Shown here: positions 52,141-64,000 of the stretch, in pieces
Layout: each line of letters begins with the position of its first letter
How positions within the stretch are numbered: the first letter of the stretch is position 1
Origin: Glycera tridactyla
Lineage: Eukaryota
Reading direction: 5' to 3'
Length of the DNA stretch: 64,000 nucleotides
Assembly: GCA_965644265.1 (NCBI GenBank)
Contig: OZ286476.1
Span: forward strand, 46,872,001 to 46,936,000
Notes under the pieces: model-generated
Seen by the model: the letters and a program-made list of their open reading frames with translations, nothing else
What the model was told of the DNA's origin: nothing
Database searches by the model: none
Translations under genes and position numbers: made by a program

Positions 52141-52289
52141 AGAATGCGCCGAGTGCCGTGTCCGTGGAGACCGTAAACGCCGAGTAGCGATCCCCGGGGA
52201 CGCGCGAGTGGCCGCAGGCCACGAGCGCGTCCCCGGGGATCGATACGAGGTGTTAAGGGACACCACAGACACGGCACGAGGAGCATTCT
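52141..52289. other. GC-rich 149-nt hairpin: 73-bp arms, 3-nt GCA loop
   Basis: 59 of 73 positions are Watson-Crick paired with no indels (aligned by hand). Confidence 0.95.
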
Positions 52290-55200
52290 GATCTTATCAT
52301 CCGATTAAACTTCAAAAAGCAAAGAAAACTACATCTGGAAGCCTTCAGAGTTTGGAAATCTTCATGAAATGAATAGGCACGTGATCGACGCGACTAATCA
52401 AACGGCGGATTTGCGTAGCGCGAATCTCCCACGACGTATCGCAGGTCGCCGACGCGGGCCGGACGCAGCAGCGTCTCAACATGCTAGACTCAACATCGGA
52501 TGATAATGAAGCATCTTGCTATACTTAGATGATTGACCATATTCGGGAATTTCTCATTGTATTATCAGTCTGTTAATGAGGACATGATATGTTTGCTGTA
52601 TGATTATCAGGAACATCTTGGTTTGAAAGCAATTGTGGACTATCAGGATCAGCTCATTTTATCTGTGTGGGATTTCCGGCAGGGGAACTTCAGTCACCAG
52701 GGGAGACAAGAAAATGTATTTGCTGTGTCAGGTGAATGGCTGAAATAATGGACCGGCATCATCTTCGGGCACGGACAAACTTCGTGAGATTCAATGACAT
52801 GGATTCTTAAGGAAAGACTTATAACATAAAATCCGGTTATTACCTCTCAGAATATGTGTACAGAGAATTTTTCAAGAAGAAAAATGTAGAGTTTGAAAAT
52901 CTTCGAAGTAGAAAAAGAATGAATTGACATGTAATATGGGATGAATGATAAGATTCAAGTCAATATGGTGCATGAAATAATTACTGTCAAACCCATTTAT
53001 TAATGCCACCCTTGGATGCATAAGAAATGAGTTTTTGTTGACAGGTGACCTCTCTACAGAGGAGAGTTAGAGTGTAAACCAGAGCCTGATGTAACCATGG
53101 TACCTGCAAGTAGCCAGTTACTACTGGAGTTCATGTTTGGCTACCAAAATTCAAAGTTAGGATCCATCTGTCCACAGGAGTTATGAGAACTACCAACCGG
53201 GTACCAGAATGCAAAATTTAGCTCCTAGAGTCATCTTGATGAGGGTTGGTCCGGCTAAATTATATATCAAGCCATGTAGAATATCACCAAAGTCGTGTTT
53301 TTAGGTGCTTGGCACTCAAAGCCGGTTCAGAATGTGATCAGAGCTGATGGGATAATTCATCCAGAGTGCTTCCAGATAAATGGGACATTTGTGAGTTAGA
53401 GAGGGTAGATTCCCATCCTCTTACTTGGGGAATTCCCAAGATGAGTTGACCTTTCTCTGTATGGCCCAGATGCAAAACATGCTGCTTCCATTGGAACCAC
53501 AACTCTCATTCAATATTTGTGTGAAACTAGGGAAAAAAAAATGAAAAATCAATATAATTTGAGTGTTGACGAAAAAAGCTTGAGTGGACCATCTAAAACT
53601 TTATGTAGCAGGAAAATCCTTCTGTTATTGGTGGGACAGAGTTAGTTGTGAGTGAGATGTGTTTGTGATCATTTCTGTATTGAATTCTTGGATGTATTTT
53701 ATGTAGCCGCTAGCACCCTCCGTGATCCACACTCTCAAGCTCATGTTCTGTCTTTATCACCACTGTGACACTATCACTGATTGTTCAGCATTCATTCCCA
53801 TTTACACCCACTACACACAATGTAGTTCAAACACAATATCCATGCTGAATTCAGGATATCATGAGCTTTCAATGAGCTGTGTTCATCTTTGAAATTGTTC
53901 ACTTATCCGCCTCTATTTGCATTCTTATAATCATGGATGATTCTTTTTATGTTATTTTTTGTCTATTTTTCTCTTGGTTGGAGAAAATCTCCAGAGATCA
54001 AACCATGCAAAAGTGATGATTTGGAATAGAAAAGGTGACTCAAGGAATGCATCTTGGATTTGCCGCCCCAATTCATCTTTGAGATGTGCAGGTTTTTAAA
54101 GTTGCATTCTGTTTTGTGAACCTTATTTAGGCTGGATCTGAAGTTAAGCTTAATGTGAGAGAAACTTCAGCAAGAATAGTCCTGTGTGTATAAAAGTAGT
54201 GATATACCATGAAGTAAGAAGGAAGAGTTTTTGGGGAAGTTTTGAATGTTGTAATGTGAGGAATCGTTGCTTGTTACCCGAGACTTGTAGCTGTTCAGTT
54301 TTATTGCGGAGAGTTTGCCTGATTTGCTCCGTTTCGGGGTTACAAACGTGCGATGTGTCATGCGTCGGATCGGGGAGACGTGTACCTGCATACGTTCACC
54401 ATCCCTCATGCATCTCTAATCACCAGTTTAATGCCAATTTGCTTTCAACTATATTTGCCCACAAAATAAAGTGTTGCTTAGCAACAGGTGTATATTTGTT
54501 CTGCATGTAATGTAAGTGGTGTAGGCTTGCACCATTTCTGAGCGGTTTCCCCGAGAGACTATTGCAGCAAAATAATTTCTCGTTGTTTGCTTCGGGTCCT
54601 TTTCTTGTTTAGGACCATGCAAGAATAGACAACCATGGGTTGTTGATGGTTGCATTCCCCAGCTCGAGCCAGTCTGCTGTGATCATCAGTTATATTTTAA
54701 TCCCCAACTGGCTGGTAACACCTGAAAGCAGTATACTTCTGGACCTGTCAGCATGTGGAGAGATCCGGGTGGGAAATCTAAACCCCTAGATTTGATGGAT
54801 TGCTTACTGTTACCATTTCTTTGAGCATGAAAAAGTTTGTGTCAATCACTTTATGGTGCACACTAAGTACAAATATCAATTTACTCTGGAGCTGCAATTT
54901 CTTTTCGAGCTACAGTTCCTTTTGGTTACCTTGGTGATGGTGAGAAGGGTATGAGTTGAGAGAAGTTAATTGAGTGGGATCCGGGCGCTGAATCCTATTT
55001 ATGAAACTTTCAAGATACTTGCATTCTTTTTAGAGATGTGAATCTGTATTCAGTGCCCATGTCCCAAATATTCCATTTCTGAATTCACATCTCAGATTCC
55101 TGAAACCTATTTCCTCCTGAATCATTCATCATAACAATGTTGATTCACCCCATTCTGAGACTATCATAGGCCTCAGGTTGATTGGAGACCTTTCTGAAGT

Positions 55201-56257
55201 CTGCATCCTCATTTGAAAGAAAGTACTTGTCATCAATCTTTTGATTGTTGAGGACTTGCAAGTTGAGGACTTCCCAGTTTAATACAGTCGAACCTGTCTA
55301 TAAAGATCACCTTCAGTTGCACCAGGAAGCTGTCTTTATAGGCAGGTGGTCTTTATAGAGAGGTCATTCACTGTTGAAAATACAATCACAGTCGCAGCTC
55401 AGGGTGGTCTTTATAGAGAGGTGCATGAAAATGATTTTGGGGATTCACCAAAACATGCAATTCATTGATTTTTTATGATTTCATGTAATATATGAACAGT
55501 AGCATAAGTCATTTTTCCTCACTCAAGTATGAGATCAACTTATACTGCCTGAGAGAGGTTGGGCCCATCTCCACAAGACAACCCTGGTGTATATATATGA
55601 TCCCATCTACTGATATTTTCCAACTATTGACGACCTGCGTCATTGCATTTAGACACTCCAGCACAAGTAGTTCATGAGAAAAACATGACACCATGCTCAT
55701 ACAGCACAATGGCAATGCCAGCAGGGCCATGAACAGCCAGGACAAAGTTTGGCAGCTCTCACCTTGCGCCCAGGACTAGAAAGAGCTTATCTCTACAACA
55801 AACCAACTTGAGACTCTGCCCCCTGCCCTTTATCTGAATACCCCTTTATCTTATTACCCTCCTCTCTACCTGTTTTTTTTTGCTGATACTTCTACTTTCT
55901 TTTCTATCTTCTCCCACTTTTTTCATCCTCCCTCCTCCTCTAACCCCCCCCCCCCCTTCTCCTTCCCTTCCTCTTCAATCATTGTCTGCATCAGCTCCAT
56001 ATTCTTTTCTTTCTTCATCTTCTTCTTCTTCTTCTTCCGATAGGCACAGTGTGGAAAGCGTTAGCGATTAAAAATGGCACAACACTGTAGTATATGCAAA
56101 TGTGACATTTGTGTCTCCATTGTTGTGTAATGCTAGGCAAGTCGGACCCGCCTGTGTTCAATCCGTATCCCATATTCCAGGATGTCTAGAGAAGTGGCAG
56201 ATGATGTCTTCATGCAGGAAGTCCATATAGAAATTGAGAGAAGCCTCCTGATATAGG

Positions 56258-56489
56258 CAGGGGTGTGATTGTTCGGTGGATCCGCGGATTTCCGGGTTTT
56301 CCATTAGAGATACCGGGAAGAGCTCTTTACGCTTAATATTTTGGATTTTAGATCATGAAAATTGTACCAGAATCACCGGAGATAGAGCACAAAGTTTATA
56401 TGCAGTTTTAGTAGCTATACTTGTTGGGGTTTCTTGGCTCACAAAATCTTGTTTTCAGGGTTTTTGGTTGTGAGCGAATCACATCCCTA
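56258..56489. mobile_element. hAT-like MITE (family G) with 6-bp TSD split by a later MITE
   Basis: CAGGGGTGTGATT...AATCACATCCCTA; left TSD TATAGG, right TATAGG restored after removing the MITE at 56492-56667. Confidence 0.75.
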
Positions 56490-56491
56490 TA

Positions 56492-56667
56492 CAGTGAAAC
56501 CTGCGACGAGAGACCGCCCTAAATGTCACCAAAAGCGGTCTCTCAAAACAGCTGGTCTCTCATCGGAGGTATATTTGACTATGTCAAGTAGAAAAGCTGC
56601 CCGGGAAAAGCGGTCTCCTGTCGGAGGTGGTCTCTCATCAGGGGGTCTCTCATCGCAGGTTTCACTG
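56492..56667. mobile_element. MITE family A
   Basis: TA-CAGTGAAACCTG...CAGGTTTCACTG-TA. Confidence 0.9.
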
Positions 56668-57296
56668 TATAGGGCTGTTGGTGTTTACATGGATATATCC
56701 ATGTTTATTTTGGATTTTGATGTGACAAAAAAGCCCCCAAAAAAGCGGGATGAATATGGTAAATCTGAGAGAGAAGAGCAGTTGGTGAGAGGCTCCTGTA
56801 TTCAACCACACTCGCTGCATTGTAAATATTTACAAAGATGCTTTTTTCCTTGGACCCATTGGTTGACATCAGCTTGAGACCGAACGAGGGTATCCATGAT
56901 GAAAACTTGACCGAATGCTCAGGTCAGGTCTACGCACTTCATCTCGGAGGTCGGGGGTCAGGCGGCGATAAATTAAGTGGCAATGTGATGCGGGCTTGTC
57001 TGTCCCTGCCTTGGCCACAATCGCTGATGTGCCACCCTGGCTTCCCCCCGAAATGATAGATGAGACACTAGAACAATTTACCACTTCTTCACCTCTATTG
57101 CTAGAGAGTCTGAGCTAGGGGACCCTGATATATATTGTAGACATTGCAATGGGATTATTCCATTCTTTGTGAGATCACACGGTTTGATTTTTCAATCGTG
57201 ATCTTTGTCTTCAAAATGATCGATTTGGTCCTCCATAAGCTGAACATAGTTTCATTTGATTGAATTTGAGAAATTGGCCAGGACCATGCTCCGTTG

Positions 57297-58000
57297 AAAA
57301 GCATTCTCTTCAGGCTTGAATTTTAATTTCCAGGCTGTTATGGCCAGTACTATTCTTTGTTGGGAAGCATTCTCTTTGGGCTTGAATTTCAATTTCCAGG
57401 CTGATATGGCCAGTACTATTCTTGATTGGGAAGCATTCTCTTCAGGCTTTAATTCAAATTTCCAGGCTGTTATGGCCAGTACTATTCTTCATTGGGAAGC
57501 ATTCTCTTCAGGCTTTAATTCAAATTTACAGGCTGATATGGCTAGTACCATTCTTTGTTGGGAAGCATTCTCTTCAGGCTTGAATTTTGATTTCCAGGCT
57601 GTTATGGCCAGTACTATTCTTTGTTGGGAAGCATTCTCTTTGGGCTTGAATTTCAATTTCCAGGCTGATATGGCCAGTACTATTCTTGATTGGGAAGCAT
57701 TCTCTTCAGGCTTTAATTCAAATTTCCAGGCTGATATGGCTAGTACCATTCTTCATTGGGAAGCATTCTCTTCAGGCTTTAATTCAAATTTCCAGGCTGA
57801 TATGGCTAGTACCATTCTTTGTTGGGAAGCATTCTCTTCAGGCTTGAATTCAAATTTCCAGGCTGTTATGGCTAGTACCATTCTTTGTTGGGAAGCATGT
57901 TATTCAGGCTTGAATTTCAATTTCCAGGCTGTTATAGCCAGTACCATTCTTTGTTGGGAAGCATTCAATTCAGGCTTGAATTTCAATTATTTTCCAGGCT
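57297..58000 (+). repeat. 66-bp minisatellite, about 10.6 copies
   Basis: GGAAGCAT recurs every 66 nt from 57363 to 57957; this explains the 22-aa periodic ORF 57316-58029. Confidence 0.95.
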
Positions 58001-58171
58001 ATTACATAGATAGGGAAGGAAGTAAGTAGGCATTTCTTTAACCTCTATGAGTACAAAAATACAAGTGTAACAATATCAATGACTGTTGATACACAGAGTT
58101 ATAGAAGTACCGGGTCATCACAGTGGATGCAGTCATCCCTATCAAGACAGGTATGTGTGTGATCTGTGAAA

Positions 58172-58875
58172 TGCTGCCTTTACACTAAACCGATTTCACA
58201 CACAGTCGGGACACGATTAGCTTTCTGCCTCAGACCGGCAGTAAAGTCGGCTCCCATCTGCGTCAGTATGCGTCATTCTTTGTCAGACCGTGGGTGTCGA
58301 TTTTACCGGCTCCAAGATTTTAGGAGGTCTTAAAATCCTAGACACGGTAAAGGTCACTGTGTCCCGACCGTGATGAATATGTGTCAGACCGTGAGGAATA
58401 TGCGTTAGACCGGCTGCCATCTGTCTCTTTCTGTGATCAATCTGCAGCAGTATTGTCACGGTCTGCACAAGGGTTGCGCCAGTATTAGCCACGTAATGAC
58501 ACATACTGAAACAGTTTGAATACGATCCTGTGGCAGATAGAGACAGATTCGCCATGGTCTGACACAGAATGACGCATATGGCGCAAGGATTGGACACAGA
58601 CTGGCACATATTGCGGAAGGCTGAGAGACAGAATGACCAGGTTTCCATACAGAATGGGAGTGGTGATGGTGGTGGAGGTGGGGGTGGGGGTGGTTGTAGT
58701 AGACAGGTAACAGCCAGTGTTATGTATGGCAGTTTTTCTTCTCCAAACCGTGTCACTAGTTTTGCCCTTACACTGAGCCGATTTTCCATGAATGTCTGTC
58801 GCCAATCTGCGGCAGATCGATGATGAGGTATTCGTCACGAATTCGGCTCCCGACTGCGTTAGTGTAAAGGCACCA
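58172..58875. mobile_element. PIF/Harbinger-like non-autonomous element
   Basis: TIR TG(C/G)TGCCTTTACACTAA/TTAGTGTAAAGGCACCA; right flank TTA, left flank AAA, so the TSD is not confirmed. Confidence 0.5.
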
Positions 58876-59156
58876 TTAGATGGAGGTGGAGTGGTATCTG
58901 ACCAGGAGATACATTAGAATTTGTAAAACTCTATATCAAGCAACCACTGGTTGTAAGCTGTCACTTTTCAATTTTCCGCTGGAGTCTTCCTCAACATAAT
59001 GAACAGTATTAGACACCCACCTTTTGGCTCCCCAAGAGTGCCAATCTGAGCATCCACCCTTGAGGTGGGCAAAAAGTGGCTGCTTACGACAGGTTCTAGA
59101 GTAATTCTACATGACTCCTTCTGGCTCTTCATCATCTTAGAGTAGCTAAGTGTTAT

Positions 59157-59414
59157 CAGGGATGTGATCATTCCTGAACTGCAGATTTCTGGAATTTTTT
59201 TATCAAAAATGCATCATGCACATGAAGGAAAGAGCATTTCATGCTGGTTATTTTGGCCTTGAAATCATAAAAATCAGACTGGAATTAGTGGAGATAGAGC
59301 ACATACTTTGTATTGAGTTAATAGTAGCCATTAGTCAGCAGTTGTTGGGGATTTTTTGTCCACAAAATTTTGCGGTTTTTCAGGGTGTTTGGTTGTCGGC
59401 CAATCACATCGCTG
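59157..59414. mobile_element. hAT-like MITE (family G) with 6-bp TSD
   Basis: CAGGGATGTGAT...ATCACATCGCTG; TSD TGTTAT/TGTCAT (one mismatch). Confidence 0.75.
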
Positions 59415-60543
59415 TGTCATACTTGCCTGGGACGGAGTTAAACATAATGTAGAGGCTTTCACTTCACTCACCAATACGGTCAGCTATTAGCTGTCAACTT
59501 GGAGCCAGCTTACAATACATAAATTATATGCTATACTCCCTGTGCAGTTGCATCACACGAGAGCTAGTCTCGGCCCAAGTAACCTCAGAACTGCTGCGCC
59601 ATCTCCACTCTCACCAACACCGCTCTACACTTGTGCTCAAACTCCGTTTGTCGTTTGTTGTTCACATATTATAGGGTAATAAACTTGATGACAAATCATA
59701 CTCAATTCAAATGATGTCCCTGAACCGGCCATTACAGTTCTACGTTCAGTATTTTGTAGTTTGTGAGTTTGGTGAATCCGATTTGGAGGTTTCCAAGATG
59801 TTGAATTAATGCGGATGATACTGAGAGCATCTACAGTCATTCCATACAAGTACCAAAAATCCTTGTTTTTTGGTTGATTGTCAACTTGCATGATCGGTTA
59901 ATCAATTCAGACCTCTCAACAATGTATTATTTGATATAATCGGGTGATCGTTACAGCACTGCTCTACAATGAGGCATGCCCTACCCGCACGTGCAGGCAG
60001 ATTTATAGTCAGGGCTGGTGATTTTATCAGTCTGCCTGCCCAAAGGGCAGGTACATCAGCATTATTCAGTTGATTATAATATGCAGGAGGGCAGGTAGAG
60101 ATCATAAGGAGGGCAGGATAGAATTCCACCTCTCCTGTTCGAAGAACAGCTGAAGAAAAAAATTGAGGTGAGTTGTGAAATAAAACCAAAACAATTTGAC
60201 GTGAAAGTAAAAACTAGATACTAGGTATTGAGGAAAAAACAATGTGAAGAGCGTCATGAGTGAAATTGGAATCAACTGTATTGTATCAGCCCAGCATCTT
60301 CAAGTGCTTCCAAGGATATTGCAAATTAGAGTCGATTTGGGGGTCAATAGTTTACATTACCTGACTAATTGTTGGGGCTCAGGTGTTGTTGAAGATGGTG
60401 AGACATGCATTAGTGCTGTGGATGATGTGAAAGTGGTTGTTGGCACGATCAACAGTGCATGCTTGGGTATCACATCAAGAATGATGATGTAAGAAACCGC
60501 ATCATAACTACGTTATACGTGTACAAGCGACACAGAAGATGTA

Positions 60544-60721
60544 CAGTAAAACCTGTCTTAAGTGAAAAGTCACGGGACCAAATTTTTCTTTCACTTAAGA
60601 CAGGATTTTGCTTAGCGCAGGACAATTATAGTGAGAAAAGAAACATCCGGACAGACCGTGGGGTATGTGCTTAAGACAGGATTTTGCCTAGCGCAGGTTT
60701 ACACTCAAGCAGGTTTCACTG
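60544..60721. mobile_element. Tc1/mariner-type MITE family C
   Basis: TA-CAGTAAAACCTG...CAGGTTTCACTG-TA with AAAAGTCACGGGACCAAA. Partial copies near 14815-14872, 19251-19323, 21225-21378, 32480-32598. Confidence 0.85.
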
Positions 60722-61963
60722 TATTTGCAAAAAATGCTTCAAAACTTCTGTTCAGTCGGAAAGGACCAAATGAGGATCAGCAAAGTTGATGCGAATGTGG
60801 CCGATTCCATTTGCAGAAACACTGTGTGTCTAGGTCAACTTCATACTAAGTACAGGTCAGTTAAAGTGGAAAATATTTGAGCGGGATGAGCAGAGACCTA
60901 TTGCTTAGGACCAATTCTTGCTCAGGGCAAGTTTGACTGCAGTATTCATGGCGCGGCGCTGATGAGACAATCAACTATTTGTATTTGTTTTTAATATCAG
61001 GTCCCGAAGGTACCATTTATCTTGGAGGTGGTATTTCTGAATCGCTCAGGGTCATTACAATGAAACTGAAAGGGCTAGATACTTGGAAAAATTAGGGGGA
61101 GGGCGGGGCTAGCATGGATAAAGGTTGGTTTCAAACAAAATTCTGCCAAATCAGGGATTGAGGGCACTCAGACAAAGACCCCAAACAAAATTCTGCCAAA
61201 GACCCTGCTGCCATTTACTAAGGTGGGCCGCTTCAAGTGGTCTGTCATCATGGTAGAAAATTCAGGCGACCCCACATTGTGTTATTCTTTTCCTTGGGCC
61301 ATTGACTTCGTCCCCAAATGGGGATTATGTACATGGGGTAGGGAGAATGCAGCATCTGCGGCCCCCTAACTAGGGATTTTTTGGTTCCAATATGATGTGT
61401 ATGTCGTGTTTGTGTGGGCGTTTGAGCGGTATTCCCGTTGAGTCCTGCACTGCTTGGGGAAACAATGAGCTGCCCCATTGGCCGTCCCGATTAGTGGCTT
61501 GAAATATAGCAGCGGTGATATACGACCTTGACCTGCTAACCTCTGACCTTCATCCATCACTTTCTGTAGGAGATATTTAATTAAGGAAATTATGACGAAG
61601 ATGAATGATTATTGCAATTTAACCTCGGGCATATCAGTATTCTGCTCTGTTATTTGAACCAGAGTTGAGCTACAACTTCTGGTGAATGTCCCTAATTCTG
61701 GACTCACGAGTCAGCTCATGGTTTGTTACAAATTAATGAATTTCTCACCTCTAGATAGAGATATTTCTAAAGTAAGTACAAGACCAGCAATATCAGCAGT
61801 TGAGATATTGATGACATCAGCAACTTTTGAAATGCAGCCAATCCTGCTCTGAAGGCCATCTCTGTATGAAAGCGATTCACCAATCTAGTACAGTGATACC
61901 TGTCTTGGGAGACCCCTCTTTTGGGAGACCACCCTCTAATGGGAGACCGCTCTTTATCGGCTA

Positions 61964-62141
61964 CAGTTGAACCTGCTTGAGAGGCCACCTCTCTATAAAG
62001 GCCACCTGCCTATGAAGGCCACTTCTTCAGGCGACCGTGATAGTACTTTCAACAGTAAATGACCTCTCTATAAAGGCCACCTGCCTATAAAGGCCACTTT
62101 TTGATGCGACCAAAGGTGGCCTTTATAGACAGGTTTGACTG
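61964..62141. mobile_element. MITE family B
   Basis: TA-flanked TIRs. Confidence 0.85.
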
Positions 62142-63685
62142 TATTCTCTATTTGACATAGTCAAATATACCTCCAATGAGAGACCACCTGTCTTGAGAGA
62201 CCACTTTTTGTTGGCATTTGGGGCGGTCTCCCAAGACAGGTTTGACTGTATTTCATACTATAAATGAGCCTGTCACTGAGCCCTTGTGTCTGCCAGGTCC
62301 ACTTCTGTTCACAGCCAACCAAGGGTGGCCTTTTAAGAAAGGTTATCAGGTGCTAAATGGCACATGAAATTGTAAAAGGGCACATTGAGCCATATATCTT
62401 GTGTCCAGAAGGCGCATGGTATTTTCCATACTTTGATATGACGACATGGTTTGGAGCACTCACAAATCTGAAATGGCATATGGGACCTGCATCAATGTGT
62501 CCGGAAGACCCATACATTTTCCAAAGTAAGGAAATGCCTGCATAATGATGGCTGATGGGATCCTACCTCCTTCCCCCACCAACTTCCAACTTCCTCCTAA
62601 ATGGTATTGCCTCTTTAGCCATGTCCACGAAGTTGGTCGGCATAGATTCTGTTAGACATCCTGTCATGATAATTCAGATTCATCCATATTTTCTTGCACC
62701 CAAATCATCCATGTCATGGTTGACTGTGCAATTTTGTGCCCCTATTCTCAACAAAAAAAATGCCTCACATATGCCAGGGCATGTATGATTCTGAAGAACA
62801 AACCTCAGGAAAACATAGATTGGTTAAACTTTGTCAGTCACTCAGTGATGCATTTTCAGGCGCATTCTGCTTATTTCATGCACTCTAAAATTAATGAAGA
62901 AGAACTCATCAGCAAAGTCACTGATGAGTCCCTGGGATGCAAGAGGAAAATTACACTTCCATTGATTTCTGTGAGCTGAGATGATGAAACTGAAGTATAT
63001 AATGACAAACATTAATTTTCGAACAGGTGTTTGTGATTTGGAATGGCTCTCTGACATGAAAATCATTTCTGGCACTGTCTTATCCATTTCAGGACTCACA
63101 TGATGCATCACGGGACCCACTCCAAACAGTCAGTTGGGGTCCCTGGGATGCATCATCATTTTGTTGAAAATGCATCACTGATGTGACACAGATAAGTTGG
63201 AGGCCACATCTCGATTAAGCATTGAATACAAATACATGTAACTTGCCCTCGAGATGATCCTGATTCAAGATTGTCTAACTTTTTGAACTTGCACAGATTT
63301 TGAATAGATTGAATACATTTTGGGTGGAGTGATTTGTCCAGTGTGCTCTTTGGCTTGGAAAGTAGCAAAAAAGTTTGTTGTGGAGACTGTAATATACGTT
63401 GCTACCTGTGGGTAGCCAATTGCTACCAAATTTACCCTCTGGCTACCATATTTTGAAAGTTAGGAGCCAGACGCTCCTAAAATTTTGAGTGGTTGTAATT
63501 GACAATGTATTGATTTGCTACCATAATTTTGCACTTGCTACCAAAAATTTCAACTTAGGGGCCAGTCGGCTCCTAGATATTTTGGCCAACATAGAGCCTT
63601 GATTCATCAGCAGGTAACCAAGACTCTATGGAAAGCAGTGAAACAGTCATCTTTGATGTATTGTTGGTGGCTAATATGAGCTCTA

Positions 63686-63862
63686 CTGTGAAACCTGTGA
63701 CGAGAGTGACCCCTGGCGAGAGACCACCTCAGACAGGAGACCACCTTTCGAGGGCTGTGTTCTTATTTGACTATGTCAAATATACCTCTGACAAGAGACC
63801 ACCTCTTTTGAGAGGCTGCTTTTTGGTGACATATAGGGGGTCTCTTGTTGCAGGTTTCACTG
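63686..63862. mobile_element. MITE family A
   Basis: TA-flanked TIRs. Confidence 0.85.
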
Positions 63863-64000
63863 TAAAGCTCTCCACCACTCCTCATCATCTGGGTACTTGA
63901 TTATAGGCAATGATGGTGATTGTAGAGAGCTCAGCCCATGCAGGTTAATTACATGTTTGTGGTTGTATACTCCCCAGGCAGATGAAAAAGACTTGAAAAT

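Noticed and set aside
57316-58029. 237-aa repeat protein as a stand-alone gene
   Set aside because: It starts at TTG, is open only because the 66-bp unit lacks stops in that frame, and unit differences are largely non-synonymous.
57891-58029. Resemblance of CWEAFNSGLNFN...YIDREG to hyccin CIEALLLGVYNLEIVDKQG, suggesting this is the missing exon 4
   Set aside because: Only scattered identities with a gap, the conserved LLL core is absent, and the neighbouring exon is far better conserved; probably chance.
62555-62710. Possible RTE tail fragment on the minus strand (similar hints at ~47250-47350 and ~60250-60480)
   Set aside because: Similarity is too short and interrupted to support by eye.

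Overview
AT-rich animal (probably bilaterian invertebrate) genomic DNA from a gapped draft assembly with many N runs. One protein-coding gene is securely recognisable: the 5' part of a hyccin/FAM126 (HYCC1/2-like) gene on the + strand. Three coding exons (30689-30730, 40083-40187, 49379-49513) give MCSKVIKEWLSEYK|ILPDSEVHTYAATLRNNDELINALYKLFEEDLSQE|[45 protein letters not shown]. The next exon was not found, so the gene probably continues past the window. The rest is intron/intergenic sequence packed with non-autonomous DNA transposons: about 30 Tc1/mariner-type MITEs (TA TSD), two hAT elements with 8-bp TSDs, and eight hAT-like elements with 6-bp TSDs. There are also a tRNA-derived SINE, micro- and minisatellites, and a candidate promoter near 21.0-21.2 kb. 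Almost all ORFs in the supplied track are spurious. Most unusual observations: (1) the 3' splice site of hyccin coding exon 2 is amplified into 15 tandem copies, and only the last gives an open frame; (2) a 149-nt gap-free hairpin at 52141-52289 whose mismatches are almost all purine-purine (tandem GA pairs, C-GCA-G loop), as if tuned for single-stranded DNA; (3) the 6-bp-TSD transposon group. No autonomous transposase, CRISPR array or rRNA/tRNA gene is supported. All calls come from reading the sequence by eye; no searches were run.
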